DNA of 64,000 nucleotides from Candidatus Multivoradales bacterium (GTDB lineage: Bacteria; Acidobacteriota; Thermoanaerobaculia; Multivoradales; JAHEKO01). The stretch's first letter is position 1. Every line of letters begins with the position of its first letter. A program made the position numbers and the translations under genes. Below are positions 17,752-27,215 of this stretch, one piece after another. The DNA lies in NCBI GenBank assembly GCA_965223855.1, contig CBDCXM010000008.1:707528-771527 (forward strand), in the 5' to 3' direction. The notes under the pieces were generated by a model that saw only the letters and a program-made list of their open reading frames with translations, was not told where the DNA came from and did no database searches.

Positions 17752-18739
17752 TCTGGCTCTCGAATCAGTTCTCGACAGTCTACTCAGATGCCCCGCCAAC
17801 GAGCGGGAAGCGGAGCTTCAGGCCTGCAACCTGGGAGCTGGCGGACAGGACTATCTCCGACTCCTGACGACCTCGTCCGAGGTCGCAATGCAACGCGTCT
17901 CTGCGCAGTTGTCTCCTCGCTCGGTCCCAGCAGAAGTAGCCGGCTACGCCATCGGCCGAAGACTGGGTGGTGGCGGCCTGGCGACCGTCTATGAGGCCGA
18001 GGCGCCGGGGAAGCTTCCGAGGGTCGTGGCAGTCAAGGTCATGAGGCCTTCGCTCCCGTCACACCTGGCCGAGCGGTTGCTCCGCCATGAGGCATTCGTC
18101 CTCCGCCATCTTGCACATCGATCGATACCTCGCTTCTACGGCCGGGAGAAATCCGGACAAGGCTCATGCTCGCTGCTGATGCAACACATCGACGGCACGC
18201 CACTGCTCGAGGTCTGCAGGAGTCAAACCCCGTCCCTTGATCAACGGATTGGCCTGGTGCGGCAGCTTTGCGATGTTGTTCAGCACGTCCACGATGCCGG
18301 TTTCGTTCACTGCGACGTCAAACCCGAGAACATTCTGATCTCAGAGGCGGGTCGCCCCTATCTGGTCGATTTCGGGTCAGCACGCAAGACACGTCAGAGC
18401 CCAGCACTCCCTGTCACCGCGACACCTGGCTACGCATCTCCGGAACTTCTTCGGCACCAGCCGGTAGGACCCCAAGCCGACGTGTACGGCCTGGGCTCTC
18501 TACTTCACAGTCTGTGCTTTCCCCTAGCTCTCGACCGTCCCGCCTGCTTGCTGCGTAGCCAAGATGGGGATCGGGATCCGGACAACCAAAAGATCTCTCT
18601 AGTCACTGAGCTCTCTCGCATTGTTCGCCGGACCCTGCGACTCCGGCCGGAGGATCGGTACTCCAGCGCCGCCGAACTGGCTGAGGACTTGGACGAACTC
18701 GAGAGGCTAGGATGTCCCGCGAGTTCAGGCACTCGGTAG
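17723..18739 (+). CDS. Hanks-type Ser/Thr protein kinase, soluble, no C-terminal sensor
   Basis: GGGGLATVY, VAVK, HCDVKPENIL, DFG, TPGYASPE, DVYGLG; ends just after the catalytic domain. Confidence 0.9.
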   Translation: MHSEEDRPTDLALESVLDSLLRCPANEREAELQACNLGAGGQDYLRLLTTSSEVAMQRVSAQLSPRSVPAEVAGYAIGRRLGGGGLATVYEAEAPGKLPRVVAVKVMRPSLPSHLAERLLRHEAFVLRHLAHRSIPRFYGREKSGQGSCSLLMQHIDGTPLLEVCRSQTPSLDQRIGLVRQLCDVVQHVHDAGFVHCDVKPENILISEAGRPYLVDFGSARKTRQSPALPVTATPGYASPELLRHQPVGPQADVYGLGSLLHSLCFPLALDRPACLLRSQDGDRDPDNQKISLVTELSRIVRRTLRLRPEDRYSSAAELAEDLDELERLGCPASSGTR

Positions 18740-19612
18740 GCCGCGCTCTACCACCTCGGCAAATCTCATTGCGGCCATCGTTGCATCGGGTCGCCGTAGA
18801 AGAAACGTCCTACCGATTGGGGGATCACGGGCGATCTGGGCGAACCGGGCTCCAGGACACGCCACAGTAGAGAACGAGGTCGGCACGAAAGTAACGCCAA
18901 ATCCCGCAGCAACCAACGGAACCATGCTCAGCCAGCTCTGAGCCTCCTGCACAATGCGAGGGGAGAAACCATGAGTACGGCAGCTCCCGATCAACAGATC
19001 GTACTCGCCAGGTGAGGCGTGACGAGGGAACATCACGAACGGCTCGTCGGCCAGTCCTTTCCACCTAACGGTCGACTTCGCCAGTGGATGCGCATCAGGT
19101 AGTACGCACACGTACTCCTCCCGTGCCACTTCCCTCAGTACCAGTTCGTCCAACCTGCCGGAAGGTTGACGCAGGAAGCCGATGTCGGCTGAGCCGGAAG
19201 TCACTTCGTCCAGCACAGAACTCGACTGGACATCGTGAAGAACGACCTCGACCTCGGGAAAAGCCGCCCGAAAGCTCGCGACCGAAGCAGGCAGGGAAGT
19301 CAACATGAATGAAGGCGACATCGCGACGACGACCACTCCCGACTCACCAGCAGCCGCCGACCGGACACTCTTGATGGCCCCATCGAACCTCGAGACGACA
19401 TCGCGCGCCAGTGGCAGCAGCAAACGTCCGCAGCTCGTCAGAGCCACCTTCGGTCGGCGTTCGAGCAGGACACAGTCCAAAGCCTCTTCGAGACTCCGTA
19501 TCTGTTGGCTTAGCGGGGGCTGCTGTATTCCGATTCGCTCTGCAGCGCGCCCGAAATGGGCCTCCTCCGCGACGGCAATGAAGTAGCGAAGGTGGCGCAA
19601 CTCGATCCTCAT
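18725..19612 (-). CDS. LysR-family transcriptional regulator
   Basis: ELRHLRYFIAVAEEAHFGRAAERIGIQQPPLSQQIRSLE HTH plus substrate-binding domain. Confidence 0.95.
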   Translation of the reverse strand: MRIELRHLRYFIAVAEEAHFGRAAERIGIQQPPLSQQIRSLEEALDCVLLERRPKVALTSCGRLLLPLARDVVSRFDGAIKSVRSAAAGESGVVVVAMSPSFMLTSLPASVASFRAAFPEVEVVLHDVQSSSVLDEVTSGSADIGFLRQPSGRLDELVLREVAREEYVCVLPDAHPLAKSTVRWKGLADEPFVMFPRHASPGEYDLLIGSCRTHGFSPRIVQEAQSWLSMVPLVAAGFGVTFVPTSFSTVACPGARFAQIARDPPIGRTFLLRRPDATMAAMRFAEVVERGLPSA

Positions 19613-19850
19613 GACCAAAGCCTAGCAGCCGAGTGCCGGGGCCACAGATCCTCCGGTGCCTGCCCGGCAGGCCCGATCTCAGCTCGTGGTCGGTGGACCG
19701 CCAAGGAGGGTCGGCAACAACCCAAGGCAGTTGCTCGGAGCAAGGAGGACGTCGCGAAGATTCGAGTTCTCCGTGATCGAACGGAGGGCCCGAGAGTCAT
19801 CATCACGACGCGAGCGCGAGCGCTGTCGGCGCCGCCGCAGACCCCTCCCT

Positions 19851-20957
19851 TTAGCCCGCCCCTGCTTTCCTCGGGTGGAAGAGAGCGACCACATGCGTCA
19901 CGAGAACGTAGAGATAGTGAGCCAGCGGAACTAGCCAGCCCATGAGACCGAAGTGACGGCGGGCGACGAAGCTCTTCTCTTCCAGAGAGAAGCGTTGGAG
20001 CTTGAAGGCTGCCAAGCGCTCGACCAGTGGTAGCTCTGTGTTCCTCCAAGGCTGATCTCGATTGACCTTGCAGAACCCATGGTGCCCCGGCGCGAGCCAT
20101 ACTCCGACACCCGCAGCCGAGGCTCGCAAGCCGTAGTCGAGATCCCCGCCAAGATGTACCAACCTGGGTTCGATGATCCCGAGAAGCCTGGAGACATCGC
20201 GAGGTACGAGAACGCAGTTGCCGTTCATGGTCATGCACCGCGTCGGCTCGGATCGAGGCTCCACGAGCGCAAGGAGGGGCCAGGGTCGAAGCTGCCGCTG
20301 CCCTCCGTAGGACAGTTGACCGGTCTCAGGGTCCAACGTCGAACCTACGATAATGAGGTCGCGCCGGCCCGTTCGAGAGAGCTCGCGGTATGTGGCCAGG
20401 AGCCGTTCGATTGCGTCTGGGAGAAGCTGCACATCGTCTTTCAACCACAAGAAGAAATCGAACCGCTCAGGCGCCTCGTTCGCCGCCCGCAACGCCCTCC
20501 GCATGCCCCCACACCAGAAGAGACTGCCATGGCCCTTCTCCATCCGGGTGTTCGGGAATCTGGCGAGGATCGCCTCCGATGTCCCATCTGTAGAGCCGTC
20601 GTCGACGACGAAGGCCTCCTGTCGCCACTCGTCCGACCATTGCTGGGCCTCGAGTGATTCAAGGCACGCCAAGGTGGTGTCCCGCCGATCGTGGCAAGCG
20701 ATCAACGTGGCAATCGTGGTCCCTCGCGAGGGCGCTCGTCTCCGACCATCCGAAGACCGGTGAATGACGCCTTCCGGCTCAACGGTGCCTGCGCTCCCCC
20801 GCAACCGCTCGCCCCAGCCAGGGTACTCGCCACGGGCCGGCTCGAAGCTCGCGCTTCGACGGGAACGATCCGATATCGGCTCTGAAGGAGCGGCTTGAGA
20901 ACGCATCGCGGGCTTCTCGGGTCGGCTTGGTCCGCTATCTCTTTCTCTGGGTGACAT
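19851..20957 (-). CDS. Glycosyltransferase family 2 (true start probably downstream of 20957)
   Basis: ACHDRRDTTLACL, VVDDGSTDGT, LFWCGGM, MNGNCVLVP, GDLDYGLRA. Confidence 0.9.
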   Translation of the reverse strand: MSPRERDSGPSRPEKPAMRSQAAPSEPISDRSRRSASFEPARGEYPGWGERLRGSAGTVEPEGVIHRSSDGRRRAPSRGTTIATLIACHDRRDTTLACLESLEAQQWSDEWRQEAFVVDDGSTDGTSEAILARFPNTRMEKGHGSLFWCGGMRRALRAANEAPERFDFFLWLKDDVQLLPDAIERLLATYRELSRTGRRDLIIVGSTLDPETGQLSYGGQRQLRPWPLLALVEPRSEPTRCMTMNGNCVLVPRDVSRLLGIIEPRLVHLGGDLDYGLRASAAGVGVWLAPGHHGFCKVNRDQPWRNTELPLVERLAAFKLQRFSLEEKSFVARRHFGLMGWLVPLAHYLYVLVTHVVALFHPRKAGAG

Positions 20958-21062
20958 TCGACTCCGGGCAGTTCTCTATCAACGCCGCCAGCTCTCTCCT
21001 CCTCGACCGAGGGCCTCGAAGAAGGGGCGCGAGGAGATCGGCGTCAGGTTTCTCTGGCCCCC

Positions 21063-22253
21063 TCAGTTGGTGAACGCCTCCAAGTACTCGTCGGCAACCC
21101 GCTTCCAATCGTGCGCCTCTCCGCTCCGTGCCGCCGCAGCCCGCAACGCAGCCGCATTCGGGTCGTCTAGAGCCTCCAGGATCGTCGCGGCAAGGGCATC
21201 TGCATCGCGCGGAGGGCAGAGCCATCCGTTGTTGCAGGGAGAGATCAGATCCGGTATCCCATCGACCGCGCTGCCGATGACGATCGAGCCGCTGGCAAGC
21301 GCCTCCACGACCACAGTCGGCATCCCATCAGCCTCTCCGTTCGCATCGACAATCGACGGAACGATGACCGCGCGGCTGCCCGACATAGCAGCGGCGACAT
21401 ATCGATGCGACCTACGACCAACAAATCGAACAGCGCGGGCTACCCCCAGCGCCGTAGCCTCCTGTCTGAGAGAGGTCGACAGCGGCCCCGCTCCGATGAT
21501 CACAAGACGAAGCCCGGGGTGCCTCTCGAGTACCCGGCGCATCGCTCGCAACAGGTACTTGAATCCCTTCTTCTCGACGAGCCTCCCAACGGCTACGAGG
21601 TAGCCCTTCGGAAAGTGAAGTTCGCTCGGTGGTTGCTGTGAGCTGTCGAAGAGATCGCTCCGAACCCCCATGGGCCGAAGAGTCGCCTTCGAAGGTGCAA
21701 AGAGGAGGCGGTCCAGCCGGTCTCGGACATGACTACCGTCCGCGAACACGTGGTCCGACCTATCGACGACGAAGCGCGCTATTGCGCGCCCGGAGGGAAG
21801 CTTCTCCAGGAGATAGACGTCTGCGGCATGCACGCTGAGAACGTGCCTGAACGTCGGTGCCCTGCGCCGCAGTAGTGCGGCAGTCAGGCCTTGAGGAACG
21901 AGCCAGTGAGAGTTCACGACGTCGAACATCTGCTGCGTCAGGCACCGATGGAGCGCGGCCAGTTGGGTCGACAGGAAGAATGGAACCTGAAGGCGAGCCA
22001 GCCAGGAGGCACGCAGGTTCTCCCGCATGCCCCGCCCGTAGGCGAGCGCCTGGAGGCGGCGAGGGTAGAAGTACGCGAAGCGCCGCACCAGGACGCCTTG
22101 CATTGTCTCTACGTCCTGCACCCCCGGGCTCGCCGGCACCAGCGCAGACACCTCACACCGGCGGGAGAGTTCGGATGCCAGGTCGAGCACGAAGCGAGGT
22201 ATCCCATCCTCCTCGGCTAGGGGGAAGGTCGAACTGGTAAGGAGCACCCTCAT
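21063..22253 (-). CDS. Glycosyltransferase family 4
   Basis: HWLVPQG, VGRLVEKKGF, DGMPTVVVEALASG, VDGIPD. Confidence 0.92.
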   Translation of the reverse strand: MRVLLTSSTFPLAEEDGIPRFVLDLASELSRRCEVSALVPASPGVQDVETMQGVLVRRFAYFYPRRLQALAYGRGMRENLRASWLARLQVPFFLSTQLAALHRCLTQQMFDVVNSHWLVPQGLTAALLRRRAPTFRHVLSVHAADVYLLEKLPSGRAIARFVVDRSDHVFADGSHVRDRLDRLLFAPSKATLRPMGVRSDLFDSSQQPPSELHFPKGYLVAVGRLVEKKGFKYLLRAMRRVLERHPGLRLVIIGAGPLSTSLRQEATALGVARAVRFVGRRSHRYVAAAMSGSRAVIVPSIVDANGEADGMPTVVVEALASGSIVIGSAVDGIPDLISPCNNGWLCPPRDADALAATILEALDDPNAAALRAAAARSGEAHDWKRVADEYLEAFTN

Positions 22254-22691
22254 TCGGAACTAGTGTCCGAAACACTCCCGCAATCTGGCCCCGTCCTCGC
22301 GTGCGGATGGCAGCAATACCCATGCGCCCTTGAGGCACTCTCCGTGGGAACACACAAGGCCAGGAGTGAAGATCGCTGAAGACACCTGGGACCCTCGTAG
22401 GTTCGGGGTTCCAGGTGCCAATGCACTGGGGTCTGCCCTACTACCAAGTCGCGCAACACGGCTGACAAGAACGCGGCCTTTTCACCGCTCTTCTCTCAGT
22501 CAAGGTCGGATTCAGTCCGGCGAATGGAGGAGCCGGCCAGCCGAACACACTGCCCGACAGATTGAAGGGCGGACGGGGACGAGCCCACTCTCAGAACGGC
22601 AAGTGGGAGCTGTCGCCGGCCGCGTCGTCTCAGTTCGCCGATCCGCGGCTGAGCTGGTCCATCGCAGCAAGCTCTGCGTAGGGCTGTCGGT

Positions 22692-23543
22692 CTAGGGAGC
22701 CGCCGACTCGAGGCGGCGCAGCCACAGGCTGCCGCCACTCAGCGGCGAGCCGTCGGATCGACCGAGAGCGGCGGCCACCTCTCGCGGCCGGGTGAGGAAG
22801 GCGTGATGACTGCCGAAGAGGATCCTGAACGCCGTCGAGTACATCAGGAGGGCGCGGACGAGGTACTGCTCGTTCCAACTCCGGTTCTCTTCGATCACCC
22901 ACTCCCGCGGGTACTCGGAGGGCAGGAAGATGTCGTGGAAGTGGATGAGCACGCCTGGAGCCAGGCGGGGCAGCACTTCGAAGGCGAGGAAGTTCAGGTC
23001 GCTCCCGGTCTTCGAGACGTGGGAGGAGTCGATGAAGAGCACGTCGCCGCTCTCGAGTGCCCCGAACTCGCCCACGTCGAGGAGCTCCACCCGCGACACC
23101 ACCAGACGGGTCAGCCCGGAGATTCCGCTCTTCAGGAACTCCCGCGGGTACGGCTCGATGCAGGTGAACTCCATCGAACCGTCGAGAAAGCGGTGGTTGA
23201 CGTCGGCGCTCAGGAGCGACGAGAACCCGCTCCCGACCTCGATCATGCGGCGCGGACGCAGCTCTCGCAGGATCACGAAGAGCAGCCGCGCGTCGAGCCA
23301 GCTGAACTGCGAGTTGCGGCTGTAGAACCGGTGGGGCCGCGATCGGTCCTCGTGCTCCGGGTAGTCGTAGGCGTCGATGTGACGCGGAAACCACTCCGTC
23401 AGGATCCGGTCGGTCGCCGCCTCGTCGAACTCGATCCCGCGCACCGGGCGCTCGGCCCAGACGGTCTCCTCACGCTCGCACAGCTCCTCCGGATCGACGA
23501 TCGGGGAGTAGAAGTGCCCCGGCGGGAACGCAGCGTCACTCAC
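22692..23543 (-). CDS. Class I SAM-dependent methyltransferase (Methyltransf_24-like)
   Basis: PPGHFYSPI, IEVGSGFSS, LFIDSSHV, IHFHDIF, WNEQY. Confidence 0.9.
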   Translation of the reverse strand: MSDAAFPPGHFYSPIVDPEELCEREETVWAERPVRGIEFDEAATDRILTEWFPRHIDAYDYPEHEDRSRPHRFYSRNSQFSWLDARLLFVILRELRPRRMIEVGSGFSSLLSADVNHRFLDGSMEFTCIEPYPREFLKSGISGLTRLVVSRVELLDVGEFGALESGDVLFIDSSHVSKTGSDLNFLAFEVLPRLAPGVLIHFHDIFLPSEYPREWVIEENRSWNEQYLVRALLMYSTAFRILFGSHHAFLTRPREVAAALGRSDGSPLSGGSLWLRRLESAAP

Positions 23544-24537
23544 CGGCAGCCTCGGGCCGGCGGGTGCAGAACTCGGGGGTCCAGTGTCGATGGCAGCGCA
23601 GCTGCTCCACCCCGCCGCTGCGCAGCGCCGCGATCAGGTGCGTCGGCTTGATGACGCCGCGGTCGATCAGCTCCTCGTCGAGACGGGCCACCCGTTCGAT
23701 GAACTCCCGCTCCGCCGGCACCTCGGGGTCGAAGTTGTGACCGAAGCTGCGGTCGACGAAGATGTCGATCACGTTGCCGAACGCGAGGAACACCTCGAAG
23801 TCGAAGCGCTCGAGCAGCAGGGGTTGAATGTCCTCTGCGCGAATCCCCTCGTTGCCCTCTACCGAACAGTCCCAGTTGACGAACTCGTCCTCGAATCGCT
23901 GGAGCTGGTGGTTGTACTTGAACCGCCGCGGCAACTCCCGCCACAGATCCTCGACGACCTCCAGCGCCTCGGGCCAGCGCATGTGGCCGTTGCGGCCGAT
24001 CATGTCGTTGACGAGGAACACCCCTTCGCTACCGATCGCCTTCCGCACCCGATCGAACAGCGACTCCAGCTCGACGATGTGGTGCAGCGAGTGATTGGCC
24101 AGGCAGGCGGCGAACGGTCGATCGACGACCCAGTCGTCGATGTCGAGAACACGGAAGACGAAGTGATCTTCGAGCCCGTGCGCGGCGGCGTCGGCTCGCC
24201 CGCGCTCGATCATGTGAGGGTTGAGCTCGAGGCAGTGGAATCGGAAGTTGCCGAGCCCTCGATCTCGCAGCCCGGTGGCGAGACGCACCTCCAGATCACA
24301 GTTGCCGGCACCGATACTGGCGAACTCCGCCGTCCCGGCCGCAGCCTCTGTCGCCGTCCGGCATGCCGCCTCCAGGTACTGGAGGAAGAAGTCATCGACG
24401 TCCTCGAACCCGCACTCGAGGAACATCGGCCGCACCCGGCCGTGACTCCAGACGTGGTAAATCGCCGGCAGGTCGTGGACGTTCTCGCACTCGCGGTAGC
24501 GCTCGATCTCCTGCTCGAGTCTGGAGTCGTGGCTCAT
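23536..24537 (-). CDS. Class I SAM-dependent methyltransferase
   Basis: SIGAGNC motif I, LANHSLHH, DMIGRNGH; overlaps the next methyltransferase. Confidence 0.85.
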   Translation of the reverse strand: MSHDSRLEQEIERYRECENVHDLPAIYHVWSHGRVRPMFLECGFEDVDDFFLQYLEAACRTATEAAAGTAEFASIGAGNCDLEVRLATGLRDRGLGNFRFHCLELNPHMIERGRADAAAHGLEDHFVFRVLDIDDWVVDRPFAACLANHSLHHIVELESLFDRVRKAIGSEGVFLVNDMIGRNGHMRWPEALEVVEDLWRELPRRFKYNHQLQRFEDEFVNWDCSVEGNEGIRAEDIQPLLLERFDFEVFLAFGNVIDIFVDRSFGHNFDPEVPAEREFIERVARLDEELIDRGVIKPTHLIAALRSGGVEQLRCHRHWTPEFCTRRPEAAGE

Positions 24538-24692
24538 GGCGGGTCGCAGCTTGGGCGGCATCGGACGGGGTGGCAACTGGCGACGCGGCAACTGGCGAGG
24601 CGGAGCCGATCGATGACGAATGCAACGAACACTATCAAGTGGACACGGGCCTTAGCTGAGGCTCTGGTAACGTCTGTCCGCCGGAGGGCACC

Positions 24693-26030
24693 ATCGTCGC
24701 GACGACCCCGAAACCCGCCGGACCCGCCACCCTGCTGTGGGTCGCCGCCACGATCCTCGCCTGCGGCCAGGAGAGCGAGAGCACGCGGCCTGCGGCACCG
24801 CCCGAACTCGGCCGAGCCCCCGGGGCCAACGTCCTGATCGTCAGCTTCGACGCCCTGCGAGCCGACGCGCTCGGCCTCTACGGCTATCCGCGGAAAACCT
24901 CGCCTCAGCTCGATCGGTTCGGAGCCGAAGCCCTGGTCTTCGAGCGCGCCTACACTTCCGCCCCGGTGACGCCCACCTCTTTCGCCGGCGCCTTCACCAG
25001 CCGACTCGCCCACGACAGTTTCCGCGGCTGGAGGCTCTCGGAGCTGCCGACGATGGCGGAGGCCTTCCGCGAAGCCGGGTACGCCACTTTCGGCCTGATG
25101 AACAACTCCCAGGTCACCGCGGAGCGTGGCTTCCACCGCGGGTTCGACGACTACGCGACCCCGCGTCTGCCTGATGAGGAGCTGCTCGAAGAGGCGATCG
25201 CCTGGCTCGACGAACCGCCCGACCGGTGGTTCGCGTGGGTCCACTTCATCTCACCTCACTCGCCCTACGATCGACGGGACGAGGCGGCCCACCTCTACGA
25301 ACCGTACGAGGGGCCGTTCTCCGAAACGACGACCTCCGACTTCCATCCGACCGAGCCGGCCGACATGGCTCGCGTCCGCGCGCTCTACGACGGGGAGGTG
25401 TTCTTCGCCGACACGCTCTTCGGCCGGCTGTTCGCGGCGATCGATGAACAGGTGCTCGACGAGACCCTCGTCCTCGTCACCGCGGACCATGGCGAGGAGT
25501 TCGGTGAACACGGGCGCTATCAGCACTGGAGCCTCCACGAGGAGGGCCTGAGGGTGCCGCTCCTGATCCGCTACCCCGGAGGGAACCCGCGCGGTCGCGT
25601 AGAGCGCCGCGTGAGCCAGCTCGACCTCTGGCCGACACTCGCCTCGATCGTCGGCATCGAGCCGCCCGAGGCTAGCGACGGAGTCGATCTGCTGGACAAC
25701 AAGGACCAGGGGCGGCCGATCCCGGCGGTCGCGATGACCGACACCTCCTACCGCGGCGCCGGCATCACCGCGGGTGATTGGCGCCTGATCGTCGACTGCC
25801 TGCCGGAGCGCCGGGCGAAGCTGTTCGACCTCGCCTCCGATCCGACCGAGAGCCGGGATGTCGCCGAGAGCGAGCCCCTCAGGACACGGGAACTCCTGGC
25901 CGAGCTCCGACGCATCGTCGGTCCGCGGCCGTGCGACGCCCTCGTCGCCGCGATCCGCGGCGCCGATCCGACGGCCGGCCTCGCCGACGAGACGGTGGAA
26001 GAGCTCCGCGCGCTGGGTTACATCGACTAG
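24693..26030 (+). CDS. Sulfatase-like lipoprotein (start non-canonical or uncertain)
   Basis: Frame open from 24660; NVLIVSFDALRAD..YGYPR at 24828 lies upstream of the ORF-track start; HFISPHSPY, YDGEV, TADHGEEF, LRALGYID; lipobox-like TILA-C; GGAGG then ATC at 24693. Confidence 0.8.
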   Translation: MVATTPKPAGPATLLWVAATILACGQESESTRPAAPPELGRAPGANVLIVSFDALRADALGLYGYPRKTSPQLDRFGAEALVFERAYTSAPVTPTSFAGAFTSRLAHDSFRGWRLSELPTMAEAFREAGYATFGLMNNSQVTAERGFHRGFDDYATPRLPDEELLEEAIAWLDEPPDRWFAWVHFISPHSPYDRRDEAAHLYEPYEGPFSETTTSDFHPTEPADMARVRALYDGEVFFADTLFGRLFAAIDEQVLDETLVLVTADHGEEFGEHGRYQHWSLHEEGLRVPLLIRYPGGNPRGRVERRVSQLDLWPTLASIVGIEPPEASDGVDLLDNKDQGRPIPAVAMTDTSYRGAGITAGDWRLIVDCLPERRAKLFDLASDPTESRDVAESEPLRTRELLAELRRIVGPRPCDALVAAIRGADPTAGLADETVEELRALGYID

Positions 26031-27160
26031 GGCAGCTTCGAGTCGCCCAGGCTTGCCCCGCGGGCAGCCTCCGCCACCACAGGCCCGAGGGCCCGTGCCC
26101 AACGCCGCTGCACCTCGGGGCCGGGATGAGAGTCCCAGCCGAGGCTGAAACGCTCGAGAAACTCCTCCAGCGACCCGACTTCGGGAAAGAGGCCCAGCAG
26201 ATCGACGATCGGCACTTCCCGGTCTTCGGCGAGGCGCGCCATCATCGCCCGGTAGTCGGAGACGCCGACGTAGGGGGCCAGCACGACGGCCGCCCCACCG
26301 GTGCGAGCCTGCCGAATCATCTCCTCCAGGGGCTCGTGGACGCTCGTTCGCAGCCGCTGTGAGATCGGGCCGGACGCCAGGGGACCGGGCCATCCGCCGT
26401 TGTCCGCACGCCCATCACTTCCGGTCGGAACCGGCGCTTCCTCGTCGCCGCCTTCTCCGGCGGCACGCCTGCGCAGCTGCAACCGCAGGTAGAGGTACGC
26501 ACGACTGCTCCTCAGCCAGGTCGAGGCGTGGTCGGTCACACCCTGTTGGATCGCCCGATCGGGGACCCGAGTCGTCGGGTCTTCGCTGCCGTCCCAATGA
26601 AGCCAGCCCTCCCCGTCCACCAGGAGCGCCGGCTTGTGATCGTTGTTGGCCGGCATGAGAAGCACCAGGTGCGGGGAGTACTCGAGAGCTCTGCCGAGAC
26701 TCGCGAGCTGCTGCTGCGAGTTGTAGCCGTTGACGGCGAAGTTCAGCACCTCGCTCGGAGGTCCGCCCGCGGCACGTACCGCCGCCGGCAGCAGGCCGGC
26801 CAGCGACTCTTCGGGCTCGACACCGAAACCGAAGCCGATCGAGTCGCCGATGAGAGCGATGCGCAGCACCCCCTGCCTCGCCTCGGGCGACCACTCGCCG
26901 CCGCGGAACCCCTCGCTGTTGGTGGTCAGGTCGGCGCCGAAGGCGGTACCGCGGAAGTTCTCCCGATAGGTGTATCCAAGGCTGTCGTCCTCGGCGCGCC
27001 GATAGATGTTGCCGATCGGCCAGAACACCTCCTCGGGTACGAGGAGCCGGGTGAGGATCTCCGCACCCGCGGCGACGACCACCGCTGCCAGTAGGGCGGT
27101 CAGGCAGCCGAAGGCGAGATTCCGGGTGGGTTTCACGGCGGGCGAAAGGACCGGAGACAA
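26027..27160 (-). CDS. SGNH/GDSL hydrolase family protein
   Basis: N-terminal TM, TNSEGFRG, IGDSIGFG, NFAVNGY, NND, DSHP; start may be GTG 27136. Confidence 0.85.
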   Translation of the reverse strand: MSPVLSPAVKPTRNLAFGCLTALLAAVVVAAGAEILTRLLVPEEVFWPIGNIYRRAEDDSLGYTYRENFRGTAFGADLTTNSEGFRGGEWSPEARQGVLRIALIGDSIGFGFGVEPEESLAGLLPAAVRAAGGPPSEVLNFAVNGYNSQQQLASLGRALEYSPHLVLLMPANNDHKPALLVDGEGWLHWDGSEDPTTRVPDRAIQQGVTDHASTWLRSSRAYLYLRLQLRRRAAGEGGDEEAPVPTGSDGRADNGGWPGPLASGPISQRLRTSVHEPLEEMIRQARTGGAAVVLAPYVGVSDYRAMMARLAEDREVPIVDLLGLFPEVGSLEEFLERFSLGWDSHPGPEVQRRWARALGPVVAEAARGASLGDSKLP

Positions 27161-27161
27161 G

Positions 27162-27189
27162 AAAAAGGCAGGCGCCGGAGCGCCTGCCT
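27162..27189 (-). terminator. Intrinsic terminator
   Basis: Minus strand AGGCAGGCGC-tccg-GCGCCTGCCT then TTTT, about 27 nt after the stop at 27216. Confidence 0.85.
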
Positions 27190-27215
27190 CGAGCGTACAA
27201 CGCTGGTGAGGACTC

